Below, piece after piece: positions 44,671-55,271 of a stretch of 64,000 bases of DNA; position 1 is the first letter of the stretch, and the number at the start of each line of letters is the position of its first letter. The notes under the pieces are model-generated. The model did no database searches. It was not told the origin of the DNA and saw only the letters and a list, made by a program, of their open reading frames with translations. The translations under genes and the position numbers were made by a program. Origin of the DNA: an uncultured Thermococci archaeon (GTDB taxonomy: Archaea; Methanobacteriota_B; Thermococci; Thermococcales; Thermococcaceae). The stretch spans positions 7,994-71,993 of the forward strand of contig CAZAPD010000090.1 in the NCBI GenBank assembly GCA_964487115.1, written 5' to 3'.

Positions 44671-46041
44671 ATGATGAAAAAACTGTTGATTTTCATAATA
44701 CTGCTAACGTTCCTTATTCCCCTTGTATCTGCCCAAGATATGAGTTATTACCCCAGCAAGGTAGCTTTTAATAAATTTATCAACTCCACATCCTCCTACA
44801 CAGTCATCCCCGGAAATTCAGAGTGGTCGATTAGCTGGGCGCACTACATAGACAGCAAACTATCCCGGTTCAAACCAAGAGGACATGATGTCATTGTCTT
44901 GGTGGGTAATGTTTATGATAATCCCAAGATGAAAAAATTCTGGAGCATGACCAATCTCTCTCCTGAAAAATCTTTAGATCCAATGATTATTACAACCGGG
45001 AAGTATGTCTTTATAACAGGAAGCAAAGAAAATATATATTTAACTGAAAAGGCTTTTTCTGCTTTTTATCGTTTTACCCCAAGAGAAAAATGGGCTGCAA
45101 TTCTTATCTTTATGTTAATTGTGCTCCTCTTTTCATATGCACTGAAGAAAAGCGGCTATTCAAGTATCTTCTATTTAATTCTGGCGTTTCTCTTTGCGAT
45201 GTGGATGGTTAATTCGAAGCCATTTCCTCTCAGCAGTAGCATGTTGTCTCTTTTTGAGAAAAGTATTGAATTTGCATATTTCGGAAGAGTCTCTTCGCCT
45301 CTTTCAGTGATCATTGGTTCATGGTTCAAACTGCTTTCTCCAACAGAGGAGGCTTTCTCCATTCTCCAAGCTGCATGCGTTCTCCTGATAATTTCTTTCC
45401 TTTATTATCTTGCTCCAAAACGTCATCGTGAATATGGATTCATAATCTCCGCCCTTGTACTCTCATCTCCAACCTTTAGATCATATCTAACCACGATCAG
45501 CACGTACCCTATATCAATCCTTATTTTTACTCTAACCCTTGCAGTTGCTCTCAACTTTACATTTAATCCTCAGAAAGTCACGGCAGTCTGTGAAACGCTG
45601 CTATTTGCGCTGCTAACTATAGCTTTAGTGTATTTTATACCATGGTTCCTTTTTCTTCCTTTGATTTTTGTGATAGCATTTCCAAAAAGACATGTGAGGA
45701 ATTATATGTATCTACTCCTATCAGCCATTGGCATTTCAATCATATACATACAATCGCCATTTTCATTAGCACTACCCGAACATTTACCTCATAATAGCAT
45801 CACGGTTATATCCAGATTCCTCGAAGAAAGTCTGATTCAGTTACTTCTGATTTTATATCTGTCCAAAATCTTCATAAAACAAGGGATAAGAAAAACGAAG
45901 GGACAGATTCCATTTCTGATGATGTTGCTCGTTATATATACTTACATCACCCTGTGGAATTCTTCACTTCTACCTTTCGATTACATATTGATCTCAGCAC
46001 TTTCGATTAGAATGCTTTCCCAGTTTATTCCTCAAACTTAA
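44671..46041 (+). CDS. Polytopic membrane protein with an N-terminal signal peptide and extracytoplasmic domain, unknown function
   Basis: 456 aa. GGAGGGAG SD. MMKKLLIFIILLTFLIPLVSA signal, about 130-aa soluble segment, then about 9 hydrophobic segments. Confidence 0.6.
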   Translation: MMKKLLIFIILLTFLIPLVSAQDMSYYPSKVAFNKFINSTSSYTVIPGNSEWSISWAHYIDSKLSRFKPRGHDVIVLVGNVYDNPKMKKFWSMTNLSPEKSLDPMIITTGKYVFITGSKENIYLTEKAFSAFYRFTPREKWAAILIFMLIVLLFSYALKKSGYSSIFYLILAFLFAMWMVNSKPFPLSSSMLSLFEKSIEFAYFGRVSSPLSVIIGSWFKLLSPTEEAFSILQAACVLLIISFLYYLAPKRHREYGFIISALVLSSPTFRSYLTTISTYPISILIFTLTLAVALNFTFNPQKVTAVCETLLFALLTIALVYFIPWFLFLPLIFVIAFPKRHVRNYMYLLLSAIGISIIYIQSPFSLALPEHLPHNSITVISRFLEESLIQLLLILYLSKIFIKQGIRKTKGQIPFLMMLLVIYTYITLWNSSLLPFDYILISALSIRMLSQFIPQT

Positions 46042-46771
46042 TAGCACCTATAACAGCTGGCTTTATCAAGGGGCCTATTTCCTTAATTATGCCGGGAGCT
46101 TGAGTTCCCTTTTTAAGAACCAGAAGTGTTTCCATCAGACCAAGCTCTTCCAATCTCTTAACATCCCTTCCATGTCCCGTTTGTATAAGGGCCTGTTCAA
46201 TTCTCTCGCTAACAGTCCCAACGATGAACAGCTTATCATGGCTATCGCCCAGCCATTTTCTAATAGTTCTGAGCTGTTTCTCCGAGAATTCAACCTCAAC
46301 ACTTCTCGTTCCAAATTCAACCTCTTTAATCCTGACTTCCACTGGAAGATAGTCTACCCATCCAAACTTCCTTATCATCTTCCTGACCGGCATTTCACCA
46401 AAGGTTCTTTTCAAGTAGTAAAGGGGCAGAAGTGCATCCTTGGGCGAGGGAGAGAAAATTCCTATATCGACATATACACCATATCCAACCTTCCCAAGAT
46501 CTATAAAACGTCCTTTGTAAGTCTCTCCATTTTTTATACGGCTTAACTTGTAAGGAACTTCCCCAAATTCCTTTCTCAAAAGATTTGCAGATATCTCCTC
46601 GTCCTCACCTTTAAGGCTCACCTTGACCCATTGTTTCTGTGTAATTGAGAGCTTCCATTTAACCTCAAGTTCCCCAATTAGGGACTTGAGCTTTCTGTTT
46701 AGCTTTTCAAAGCCGCTTCGGTCTCCATAAACCTTTTCCAAAATAACAATGTCAGTATCAATATCAGCCAT
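46025..46771 (-). CDS. Conserved archaeal hypothetical protein (DUF2110-like by recollection)
   Basis: 248-aa ORF just downstream of tfe on the same strand. The family name is a recollection, not verified. Confidence 0.5.
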   Translation of the reverse strand: MADIDTDIVILEKVYGDRSGFEKLNRKLKSLIGELEVKWKLSITQKQWVKVSLKGEDEEISANLLRKEFGEVPYKLSRIKNGETYKGRFIDLGKVGYGVYVDIGIFSPSPKDALLPLYYLKRTFGEMPVRKMIRKFGWVDYLPVEVRIKEVEFGTRSVEVEFSEKQLRTIRKWLGDSHDKLFIVGTVSERIEQALIQTGHGRDVKRLEELGLMETLLVLKKGTQAPGIIKEIGPLIKPAVIGAIKFEE

Positions 46772-46795
46772 AAAATACCATCCCCGAAGTTCATA

Positions 46796-47350
46796 TCATT
46801 TCTTTTCCTTCTTTTTTGTTCTCTTTTTTTTCGGCTTTTTTCTGAGTCCCAATTCTATTTCAAGCTCTTCTATGCGTTTTTTTAACTCAGCGACAATCTC
46901 GGTGTTATCGTACTGCATGAGCATCTGCCCACATATAGGACACTGAAACTCATATTCCATTGCCTCGTCAAATGTTAGCTTCGGATGTCCGGAGGTCCCA
47001 CAGTGGTAGTATATCTCACTCGTCTCTTCTTCAAGCATTTTTTTAAGCTTGTTAAGCTCTGCCATCTTTTTTGCTCTCAATATCTCAGGCAACCTCCTGG
47101 TCTCAAGATGCCAGTAATAGTAATACCACCCTGTCTCCTTATCTCTCGTTCTCCTGAACTCGGCAAGTTGATTGTCATAGAAGATATATAGAATTTTTCT
47201 CACAGTATTGACTCTGATGCCAGTTATTTCAGCCAGTTCTTCATCAGTTGCTTCGCCTTTTTTTTCTAAAGCCTTGATTACCTCAACAGCTTCTTCGCCT
47301 GCAATGTCCATTGCGAGCTCAAGGAGTTCTTTGTTTTTCTTTCTGGCCAT
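46796..47350 (-). CDS. tfe: Transcription factor E (TFIIE-alpha homolog)
   Basis: 184 aa. Winged-helix N-terminus ([20 protein letters not shown]), GWYYYYW, zinc-ribbon-like YYHC...CPICG, Lys-rich tail. Confidence 0.9.
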   Translation of the reverse strand: MARKKNKELLELAMDIAGEEAVEVIKALEKKGEATDEELAEITGIRVNTVRKILYIFYDNQLAEFRRTRDKETGWYYYYWHLETRRLPEILRAKKMAELNKLKKMLEEETSEIYYHCGTSGHPKLTFDEAMEYEFQCPICGQMLMQYDNTEIVAELKKRIEELEIELGLRKKPKKKRTKKKEKK

Positions 47351-47484
47351 AATAACAAACCTCCAGAACCATTTCAGCGGAATAATTTGAGATTCCTGAA
47401 GTACTCAATAATAACCTATATCTTTAAGGCTATATATAGGTTTTTGTCAAAATAGGGGGGATGATGAACAGAAAAGACCATTGG

Positions 47485-47781
47485 CTAATCAGTAAAGTAC
47501 TCCTCTAACAACTCTTTTGCAGAAGGTTTGTAAAGCTCAACCACCTGAATATCCTCAATGACATTGCCTTCCCTGAGTTTAAGTTTTACTTTGCCCCCAT
47601 AAACTTGGAGATCCAACAAACCATAGATAGCATCCTCAGCCTCCAAGGGGCTCTTGAATTTCATTATGTACTCCCCACTTTCATCAATGAGCTTGACCCA
47701 GTACTCATTTTTTCTTTTGAAGGGTCGAGTAATTTTGGGTTTGAACTTGTCAAGAGTTATTTCCAAGGAAGCCACCTCCAC
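47485..47781 (-). CDS. Hypothetical protein (98 aa)
   Basis: ORF only; no family recognised. Confidence 0.4.
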   Translation of the reverse strand: MEVASLEITLDKFKPKITRPFKRKNEYWVKLIDESGEYIMKFKSPLEAEDAIYGLLDLQVYGGKVKLKLREGNVIEDIQVVELYKPSAKELLEEYFTD

Positions 47782-47920
47782 TGATGACTAAAAGTTTTCA
47801 ATCGTTCTAAATTTTTTAGATTACATCTTTTAAGGATTTCTGAGGTGTTATAGTTTAAGAACTTAACGATGTAAATAAAAGTTTATATGATATTCATTCA
47901 AGCAGAAGATGGTGGCGTGA

Positions 47921-48895
47921 GTGCATGCCATTGAAGTAACAGAATTAAAAAAGAGATATCCCCAGAAGATACCCATGCCATTAAGGAAGATTAAATGGAT
48001 TGAAGCAGTTAAGGGAATTAGCTTCAATGTGAAGAGAGGAGAGCTCTTTGGCCTCCTTGGACCAAACGGTGCCGGGAAGACCACTACAATAAAAATGCTC
48101 ACAACACTCCTTGAGCCAAGTGGAGGAACAGCAGAGATTCTCGGATATGACATTCGCAGAGATGCAAGAGAAATCAGAAAAAGGATAAATCTCGTCGCTG
48201 AAGGGGAAAGAACCCTTTACTGGCGCCTATCAGCATATGAGAATCTGAAGTATTTTGCGAGAATCTATTATGTTCCCAAAAGTAAAGAAAAGAAGCGGAT
48301 TGAAAGGCTTTTAAAACTGGTTGGGCTCTGGGAAAGGAGGAATGACCTTGTCATGAACTATTCGCGGGGTATGAAGCAGAGATTGGCTATAGCAAAGGCT
48401 TTAATAAACGATCCAGAGGTTCTCTTTCTTGATGAGCCTACTTTGGGTCTTGATGTCCAGAGCGCTCTATTTGTGAGAGAGTTCATAAGGAAACTCGTTG
48501 ATAAGCAGAAAAAGACAGTTCTTCTAACAACACACTACATGGCCGAGGCTGAGGAACTCTGCGACAGAATTGCCATAATCGACCACGGCAAAATAATTGC
48601 CCTCGATACTCCAGAGGGTCTGAAAAAGTTCGTAAGGGATGAAACTGCCGTTGAGATAAAGGTAAGAGATTTCTCCGCTCAAAAGGTGGAAAAATCCCCA
48701 TGGAAACTCGTGGTAGTAAGGGAAGACACCGAGCGAAGCATAACAACCCTCAGAGGACATATTGATGAGGAAGAGTTGCCGAAGGTTGTTGAACTTTTAG
48801 TAAAGAGCGGTGCGAGAATTCTGAGTGTTGAGCAGAAGGAACCAACGCTTGAAGATGTGTTTATTAAGCTAACAGGTAGAGCCTTGAGGGATTGA
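47921..48895 (+). CDS. ABC transporter ATP-binding protein (ABC-2/DrrA-like)
   Basis: 324 aa. Walker A GPNGAGKTT, signature-like YSRGMKQR, Walker B LFLDEPTLGLD. Confidence 0.9.
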   Translation: MHAIEVTELKKRYPQKIPMPLRKIKWIEAVKGISFNVKRGELFGLLGPNGAGKTTTIKMLTTLLEPSGGTAEILGYDIRRDAREIRKRINLVAEGERTLYWRLSAYENLKYFARIYYVPKSKEKKRIERLLKLVGLWERRNDLVMNYSRGMKQRLAIAKALINDPEVLFLDEPTLGLDVQSALFVREFIRKLVDKQKKTVLLTTHYMAEAEELCDRIAIIDHGKIIALDTPEGLKKFVRDETAVEIKVRDFSAQKVEKSPWKLVVVREDTERSITTLRGHIDEEELPKVVELLVKSGARILSVEQKEPTLEDVFIKLTGRALRD

Positions 48896-49701
48896 AGATG
48901 CCTGTTATCGCAGTAATTGAAAAGGAATTCAGAATGTTCTTCCGCTATCCCCTCAGGGTTTTCAGCTCAATCTTAGTCGGTATCGTTTTCCTTCTCCAGT
49001 TTGTTTTCTTTGGACAGGCAGTGCTCGGAGGAAGATATTCTCAGCTCCTCGCATCTTCAACAGGAATAGGAGATTATCCCACGTACGCGCTGGTAGGTTA
49101 CGTCCTCTGGTGGCTGTCAGTTTCCCCTATGGAAGCATATGTCTGGGGGATCCGACGGGAGCTTCAGAGAGGCACATTTGAGACAAACATAGCAGCCCCG
49201 GTAAGAATCACCGAACTTCTTCTTGGTCTTGCTCTGAGCTGGCTACTCATGGATTCCATCCTGATGGCAGTGGTTTTTGCATTAGGTGCTATAATTTTCC
49301 ACATTTCCGTGACATTATCCATTCTGCTGAAGTCTCTGCCAGTTCTGCTGTTATCATTCTTGGCTTTTCTCGGTTTTGGTTTCATCTTCGCAGGCTTGGT
49401 AATGATAATGAAGAATATAGGACCCTTTGCTCAGATTTTTGAGTTTTCAATGCTCTTCTTTTCAGGTGTTTTCTTCCCACTCAATGTGATGCCAAGAGCC
49501 GTGGTTGAGTTCTCCAAGCTCCTCCCCCTCACACATTCAGTAGACGCTGTCAGAGGAATATTCACAGGAAAGAGTTATCCAGCAATTCTTCCATCAGTAA
49601 GCTGGCTCATCCTCTTGGTTATTCTCTACTGGTTGATCGGCTATGCCATCTTCAAATGGGCTGATGGGGTAACACGGGTGATGGGCTATGGGGGTTACTG
49701 A
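48892..49701 (+). CDS. ABC-2 type transporter permease
   Basis: 269 aa with about 6 TM segments; 4-nt overlap with the ATPase gene. Confidence 0.8.
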   Translation: MKMPVIAVIEKEFRMFFRYPLRVFSSILVGIVFLLQFVFFGQAVLGGRYSQLLASSTGIGDYPTYALVGYVLWWLSVSPMEAYVWGIRRELQRGTFETNIAAPVRITELLLGLALSWLLMDSILMAVVFALGAIIFHISVTLSILLKSLPVLLLSFLAFLGFGFIFAGLVMIMKNIGPFAQIFEFSMLFFSGVFFPLNVMPRAVVEFSKLLPLTHSVDAVRGIFTGKSYPAILPSVSWLILLVILYWLIGYAIFKWADGVTRVMGYGGY

Positions 49702-50509
49702 AGAGCTGAGAGCATTATACGGTGTTGCTGTTAAAAGCTGGCGAATCTTCTTGAGCTACAGAATGTGGATGGTGAGCGATATAATGCTCGGCTTCTTCTT
49801 TGTTGGACAGGCTTTACTCATAGGAATCGGCCTGACAGGAGGGAGAAATTCCCCCGCTCTGCAGAGGATAACGGGTTATTCTGACTACTTGACGTTTGCT
49901 GTCTTAGGCTTCATGGTTCTTGCATTTGGTCTAACATTCCTGAGTGGCTTTGTATGGAGCGTCGTCGATGAACTTTACGCAGGAACCCTCGAATACTCCT
50001 TTGCTTCACCAATGAGAAGAATAACGTTCTTTCTTGGCAATGTTCTGGTTAGGATATTCCTATCTTTTCTTTATATGGCGGTGTATATCCCTCTCTTCAT
50101 CCTCATTTTTGACGTGCATATAAATCCGGTGGGTTTTCTCAGAAGCATGCCTGTACTCCTCATCGGAACAGTAGGAATGATCGGACTTGGGATGAGTGCC
50201 GCTGGGCTTGTACTTTACCTGAGAGATCCCGGGCCATTTATAAACATCTTAGAAATGCTCGTTTTTGCCCTAAGTGGGGCAATGTATCCTGTAACAATCC
50301 TGCCAGAGCCGCTCCAGCTTCTGGCAAGAGCGATGCCCTACGCCCCAACGAGTGAGGCTGTGAGAAAGGTTGTAGCTTTTGGATATTCAAATGCAGGGAG
50401 AGAGCTGAGTTATCTCATATTTATCTCCATGCTCTATGCGATACTCGGATATTTGACATACAGATGGAGCGAAAAACAGGCAAGGGTTGTTGGGCTGAAA
50501 AACTATTGA
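49688..50509 (+). CDS. ABC-2 type transporter permease (second paralog)
   Basis: 273 aa with about 6 TM segments; overlaps the preceding permease gene by 14 nt. Confidence 0.8.
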   Translation: MGVTEELRALYGVAVKSWRIFLSYRMWMVSDIMLGFFFVGQALLIGIGLTGGRNSPALQRITGYSDYLTFAVLGFMVLAFGLTFLSGFVWSVVDELYAGTLEYSFASPMRRITFFLGNVLVRIFLSFLYMAVYIPLFILIFDVHINPVGFLRSMPVLLIGTVGMIGLGMSAAGLVLYLRDPGPFINILEMLVFALSGAMYPVTILPEPLQLLARAMPYAPTSEAVRKVVAFGYSNAGRELSYLIFISMLYAILGYLTYRWSEKQARVVGLKNY

Positions 50510-51393
50510 AAAGGTAAGCCAAGACTTAACTCTCCAGATTTCCTCTTTATTTCTTCGAGAGGAATTATCGCGCTTCTTGCACCGATTTTCTGAACAGTTA
50601 AATATGCAAGGAACATCCCCAACTTTACAGCATCTCTGAGATTCCAGCCCTTTATAATACCATATATTAGGCCAGCATCAAAGGCATCTCCTGCTCCGGT
50701 GGAATCCACAACCTCAGCACTCAACCCCCTGATCTCATATAACTCCATGTTGCTATCCCTCACGAGAGCTCCCCCTCCATTCAGAGTTACAATAAGGTTC
50801 CTTGCATTTACAGCATTCAGATTAAGGCTTCCAAATTTTCTTCTGTATTCATCTTCATTCATTAGGAGATAGTCAATTTTATCTATTATCCCTTCAGGCA
50901 GCTTTGCCTCTCCTATATCCAGAGAGACCGTTATGCCATGTTCATGAGCGAAATCTATTGTCATCTTCAATATCTCAGGAGGATTTGATGATAGATGGAT
51001 GTGCCTCGTCCTTTTTAGGTACTCGAAGTCCAGTTCTTTCAGTGCATTTGCTCCAGAAAACTTCACTATTCTCTTGTCATCCCCTTTTACCATCACCAAG
51101 GCCATTCCAGAATGTGTGCTCACAATTTTTATGCCGTTTGTATCAACACCAATTTTTTTGAAGTAGGATATATGGGCCTCGCCTATCTCATCCTCACCAA
51201 CAGCTCCAAGAAATCCTGTCTTCAACCCCATATTAGCCAGCCATGAAATTGTGTTTGCAGCAGCACCACCCAATCCAAAGAAAGCATCTTTTGCTTGTAT
51301 TTTCTCATGAAATTCCGGAAATCTCTCCACAAGCATGATAATATCATAATTCAGGTTTCCAATTCCAATCACGTCAAATCTATCCATTCCCAT
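50503..51393 (-). CDS. PfkB-family carbohydrate/nucleoside kinase
   Basis: The ORF track extends to 51507. The ATG at 51393 ([17 protein letters not shown]) is preferred and leaves room for the divergent promoter. GGAAANT and DSTGAGDAF motifs. Confidence 0.85.
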   Translation of the reverse strand: MGMDRFDVIGIGNLNYDIIMLVERFPEFHEKIQAKDAFFGLGGAAANTISWLANMGLKTGFLGAVGEDEIGEAHISYFKKIGVDTNGIKIVSTHSGMALVMVKGDDKRIVKFSGANALKELDFEYLKRTRHIHLSSNPPEILKMTIDFAHEHGITVSLDIGEAKLPEGIIDKIDYLLMNEDEYRRKFGSLNLNAVNARNLIVTLNGGGALVRDSNMELYEIRGLSAEVVDSTGAGDAFDAGLIYGIIKGWNLRDAVKLGMFLAYLTVQKIGARSAIIPLEEIKRKSGELSLGLPFQ

Positions 51394-51509
51394 CACCCTC
51401 TTAGAATTCAGGTATATCCTGCATAACTTTAAATTTTTCTCTACAAGTTGACTAAGGGAAAAGCTTAAATATCCATTTCTACCCAGTTCTGTATAAGAGG
51501 TGATCAAAA

Positions 51510-52103
51510 ATGATGCTTATACTGGAGGCATACTTCAAGAATTATCCTGCCAGAAGAAAGGTCGCAGAGTTCCTATTTGAAAATGGGCTGAGTGTTAAAA
51601 AAGGTAAGATATATCTCAGAAATGTTGAACTACCCATCAGCGAGCTTTCAAGGATCATTGGAGTTAATAGGAAGATAATTTACCATACGATTGATTACAT
51701 AGAAAAGACCTATCCATTAAAGCTCATATTTGAGAAGCTCAATCCTCTGCCGAGTCTGATAGATGTTGCCCCGATAATGGGGTGGGAGGTTTTAGAGCTC
51801 GAACTGGAGAAAGAATACTATATCCAAGCCCTTTCAGAGGTGTTAAAGCTATTAAGTAAAAACGGAGTTCCAGTTATGGAGTTCTTTAGCAGGAATCTCA
51901 GACAGGAGGAAAGCAAAGCATACATAGTCATAGATGGAACTCTTCCAGTGGATGTGTTTGTCAAAATAAAGGATTTACCAGGTTTTAAAAAGCTGATTCT
52001 GCACACACCGGAAAAAGACAAGGAAAAATATGTGTGTAAATATTGCGAAGTTAAATACTGTCCCAAAAGGGTTCTTGTGGAGAAAATGGAGGCACAGGCA
52101 TAA
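51510..52103 (+). CDS. Predicted regulator with an ACT-like domain (COG2150-like by recollection)
   Basis: 197 aa. N-terminal [22 protein letters not shown] with HTH-like [20 protein letters not shown]-terminal [10 protein letters not shown]. Confidence 0.55.
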   Translation: MMLILEAYFKNYPARRKVAEFLFENGLSVKKGKIYLRNVELPISELSRIIGVNRKIIYHTIDYIEKTYPLKLIFEKLNPLPSLIDVAPIMGWEVLELELEKEYYIQALSEVLKLLSKNGVPVMEFFSRNLRQEESKAYIVIDGTLPVDVFVKIKDLPGFKKLILHTPEKDKEKYVCKYCEVKYCPKRVLVEKMEAQA

Positions 52104-52106
52104 AAC

Positions 52107-52382
52107 TCAGCCAACAACTCTAAATCCCCTTTCCCCTTTTGGCTCTTCCCACTTCACATCAACCCTGGTAACCCGGGCTAAGAGCGGCCCCTGATATGCC
52201 CAACCTATTAAAGCTTCCACTCTTTCTCTTTCTCCTTCAACAACAGCTTCAACTTTTCCATTCGGCAAATTTCTAACCCAGCCATTTACACCGAGCTTTC
52301 TGGCTTCACGCTGCATACTCCATCTGAAGCCCACCCCTTGAACCCTTCCATGAATCAGGAGATGTGCCCTAACGATCCCCAT
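52107..52382 (-). CDS. acyP: Acylphosphatase
   Basis: The ORF track extends to 52394; the MGIVRAHL start is preferred. [10 protein letters not shown] and GWVRN signatures. Confidence 0.9.
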   Translation of the reverse strand: MGIVRAHLLIHGRVQGVGFRWSMQREARKLGVNGWVRNLPNGKVEAVVEGERERVEALIGWAYQGPLLARVTRVDVKWEEPKGERGFRVVG

Positions 52383-52462
52383 ATCCCTCCCCATTTATTC
52401 TTTCAACATAAGGGATTTAAGCTTATCCTTGAAAGACTTTATCGGTGGACAGGATGGGGGAG

Positions 52463-52768
52463 ATGATAATGGTATATACAACATTTCCTGACTGGGAAAG
52501 TGCTGAAAAAACTGCAAAAAAGCTCCTTGAGGAAAAACTAATTGCTTGCGCCAATCTTAGAGAGCATAAGGCTTTTTACTGGTGGGAAGGCAGTGTGGAG
52601 GAGAGCAATGAAGTCGGAGCCATTCTAAAGACCAAGGTTGAGCTCTGGAAATCATTGAAAGAGAGACTCAAAGAGCTCCATCCATATACAGTACCAGCGA
52701 TCATCAGGGTTGATGTTGATAATGTAAATGCCGAATATCTCAACTGGCTCTTAGAGGTTCTCAAATGA
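52463..52768 (+). CDS. cutA: Divalent-cation tolerance protein CutA
   Basis: ORF-track start is 52445; the MIMVYTTFP start is preferred. LIACANL, YWWEG and HPYTVPAII motifs. Confidence 0.9.
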   Translation: MIMVYTTFPDWESAEKTAKKLLEEKLIACANLREHKAFYWWEGSVEESNEVGAILKTKVELWKSLKERLKELHPYTVPAIIRVDVDNVNAEYLNWLLEVLK

Positions 52769-53343
52769 TAAGGAAAGTGAAAAATCAGATCAGGGTCATC
52801 GGCTTTGATGACGGCACCTTCAGATTCAAAGGAAGAGGGAAAACCATCCTTATAGGGGTTATTATGAAAGGATCACAGGAAGTCGTTGGTGTTCTCTCAA
52901 GGTGGATTACAGTTGATGGCATGGATGCAACAGAGAATATGATAGATTCAATAATTGCATCCAGATTTGAAGACTTGAGGGTTATAATGCTGAAGGGTAT
53001 AACATATGCAGGCTTCAACATAGTCGACGTGCAACGACTCAGCGAAAAAACAGGTTTGCCTGTTGTAGTTGTCATTCGAAAAAAGCCCGACCTGAATGCA
53101 ATGAAAGAAGCCCTGAAGAAACACTTTCAAGACTGGAATGAGAGGATTGAACTGCTGAATAAAGCCGGTGAGGTATTTGAGCTGATTCCCGGAAAGCTTT
53201 ACTACCAGCCCATCAACATCTCCCCAAAACAAGCAGCTGAAATCATAAAAATCACTCAGAAGGCCTCTTTGATTCCCGAACCTCTCAGGCTGGCACATAT
53301 GATAGCATCGGCGGTTATGACTGGAGAAAGCAAGAGGGAGTGA
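52765..53343 (+). CDS. UPF0215/DUF99 family protein
   Basis: 192 aa. [11 protein letters not shown] and [10 protein letters not shown] family-typical segments. 4-nt overlap with cutA. Confidence 0.75.
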   Translation: MIRKVKNQIRVIGFDDGTFRFKGRGKTILIGVIMKGSQEVVGVLSRWITVDGMDATENMIDSIIASRFEDLRVIMLKGITYAGFNIVDVQRLSEKTGLPVVVVIRKKPDLNAMKEALKKHFQDWNERIELLNKAGEVFELIPGKLYYQPINISPKQAAEIIKITQKASLIPEPLRLAHMIASAVMTGESKRE

Positions 53344-53378
53344 GGAATCTTTTTAAGGTCAAGATTGAAGATAGAAAC

Positions 53379-53441
53379 AACCGATGATGGCAACAGGGTA
53401 GCTACCGAATCTTGATGTGGAAGCCGTTCCAGTCTGAGGTT
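53379..53441 (+). ncRNA. Possible C/D-box sRNA (low confidence)
   Basis: Layout: AACC-ATGATGG(C)-14 nt-CCGA(D')-AAT-TTGATGT(C')-15 nt-CTGA(D)-GGTT. Terminal AACC/GGTT stem, followed by CTTTT. It exactly fills the gap between the convergent DUF99 and USP genes. Caveat: the spacers are 14-15 nt, not the usual 12. Confidence 0.3.
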
Positions 53442-53446
53442 GCTTT

Positions 53447-54301
53447 TCAGGATTCGCATGGCACCAGAAGCACGGAAAGCCTCGAATCTCTGATCACTCT
53501 CTCTGCTGTGCTCCCAAGCAGGAGGTCAGCTAAAACATTTCGGCCCTTCTTCCCCATCACGATCAAGGTTGCGTTCTTGGTTAAGGAAAGTCCAAGAATC
53601 GCCTTGGATGCTGATCCAGTCATGATCTCCATCTCCACCTCAAAAGACAGCATTTTAGAGTATTTCTCAAGCGTATCATTCGCCTTTTTTATGTTCTTTT
53701 CAAGTTCATCAGCACTGCCATAATCTATAGAGTGCACCAAAATGCCAGAGAGAGGTAGTTCTTCAAATTTTTTAACCGTTTTTATGATGTTATCCGAGCA
53801 TTTTGAGAAATCAAGAGCTATGAGGGGTTTTTCAAACAATCTCTCAGGAGGTACTGAAAATCTTATCTCCCTCTTTCCATCTTCCTGCAAAATCTCACAC
53901 TTCACAAGCAGAACGGGTTTTTTTGTTGTTCTCGCAAGATTTGAAGCTGTACTCCCCAGAAACATCTGCCTCCATATGTTCTCCCCCTTGGATGGAATGA
54001 CCGTAAGGTCAATATCCTTTTCCGCAGCAAGCTCTTCAATCTCCATGGAGGGGATGCCAAGCTTGACAATAGGCTCAACGTCTATTCCTCTCGCCCTTAA
54101 CTCTTCAGCAAGTTTCTTAACCTCCTCCTCATCTATCTCAGCCAGCTCAATGGCCTGAATATCCGTGGCTGTGATATCGACCACATGAAGTAAGTACAGT
54201 TTTTTAGCTCCCATCTCAAAGAGCTTTGGGATGCACTCCCTGAGAGCATAGAGAGATACTTCAGAAAAATCCGTCGGGAATAAAATTTTTTCGAACATCA
54301 A
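53447..54301 (-). CDS. Tandem-domain universal stress protein (UspA family)
   Basis: 284 aa starting MMFEKILFPTDFSE. Two USP halves, each ending in a G-x2-G-x9-GS-type motif (LGSTAS..., LGSTAERV). Confidence 0.85.
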   Translation of the reverse strand: MMFEKILFPTDFSEVSLYALRECIPKLFEMGAKKLYLLHVVDITATDIQAIELAEIDEEEVKKLAEELRARGIDVEPIVKLGIPSMEIEELAAEKDIDLTVIPSKGENIWRQMFLGSTASNLARTTKKPVLLVKCEILQEDGKREIRFSVPPERLFEKPLIALDFSKCSDNIIKTVKKFEELPLSGILVHSIDYGSADELEKNIKKANDTLEKYSKMLSFEVEMEIMTGSASKAILGLSLTKNATLIVMGKKGRNVLADLLLGSTAERVIRDSRLSVLLVPCES

Positions 54302-54390
54302 GCTTCACCATTAATATATACGGCACTGAGGTATTTAGACCTTGCTTTATTTATACCCACATTTCATTGTACTTTGTGAAGCTTTGTCTT

Positions 54391-54930
54391 TCAGACATGC
54401 TTGTATTTCATGCGCTTTGTGAAGAGCTTCGGGCTTGAAACTGCCGGCAGTATCAGCTTCTTCTGAATTATAGTTCTGCCCTCAAGGAAATTGTCAATAG
54501 TCTTCTTAAGGTCTTTGAAGTCCTTATCGAAGAACTTCAGAACTATGTCATATTCACCAATATATTCATCAATCTCAAATATTTTCTTATTGCTTATGGC
54601 TTCTTTTATGAACTCCTCTATCTCCTCCTTTGAAGCATCTTCTTTAAACTTTAAGATGACATCTGCAGATGCTAATCCAAACTCCTCGAATATGAAAAGT
54701 GCCATGATCTGCACATACCCTCTTTCCTGGAGGCTCATCCTGTGCCTCCTCGCGGTAGGAACAGAAACTCCTGTTATCCGGGCAAGTTCGGTGTCAGGAA
54801 GTCTACCGTTTTCTCTAAGTGCAAGGAAAATTTTGACGTCCAAATCGCTCAATTCCCCCTTGCTCATCTCCTTCCAGAATGCAATATCCTCTTTGCTCCA
54901 CTTCCATGTATTTTCTTTTTTGTTCACCAA
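54391..54930 (-). CDS. Lrp/AsnC-family transcriptional regulator with an N-terminal extension
   Basis: 179 aa. HTH LDVKIFLALRENGRLPDTELARITGVSVPTARRHRMSLQERGYV followed by a RAM-like domain. Confidence 0.75.
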   Translation of the reverse strand: MVNKKENTWKWSKEDIAFWKEMSKGELSDLDVKIFLALRENGRLPDTELARITGVSVPTARRHRMSLQERGYVQIMALFIFEEFGLASADVILKFKEDASKEEIEEFIKEAISNKKIFEIDEYIGEYDIVLKFFDKDFKDLKKTIDNFLEGRTIIQKKLILPAVSSPKLFTKRMKYKHV

Positions 54931-54968
54931 TGCATACCACCTTAATAAAAGATGAGAGAAAAGTTGCC

Positions 54969-55271
54969 TTAAGTTTTTTGATTTTTGATAATTTTTGCCA
55001 GTTGTCTTGTGAGATTATCCAATAGTCTGATGAATTCCTCCTCATCATACATAAGAATATCGATGTTTTCCTCTATCAACTCTTTGAGTTTCGAAATCTC
55101 ATCGGTGCTCTTCCCTTCCTCTTCCATGATCTCGATTAACCGTGAAGCAGCATCAAGCAATCTCAACGGCCCATATAGCTTTGGCTCATCAACACAACCT
55201 CTGGCACTGGTTATCAAAAATGACAGAAGCTGAAAATGTTTATCCCTCAAAATGCTTTCCGTACTCTTCAA
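54969..55271 (-). CDS. Small helical hypothetical protein (100 aa)
   Basis: ORF only. Overlaps the 3' end of the nitroreductase gene by 32 nt on the same strand. Confidence 0.45.
   Translation of the reverse strand: MKSTESILRDKHFQLLSFLITSARGCVDEPKLYGPLRLLDAASRLIEIMEEEGKSTDEISKLKELIEENIDILMYDEEEFIRLLDNLTRQLAKIIKNQKT

Noticed and set aside
47461-47467. Perfect C-box ATGATGA in the tfe upstream spacer
   Set aside because: No D box (CTGA) within 80 nt downstream, no terminal stem, and the sequence runs straight into the antisense of the 47485-47781 ORF.
53412-53723. Plus-strand 103-aa ORF
   Set aside because: It is antisense to the well-supported tandem USP gene and has no motifs.
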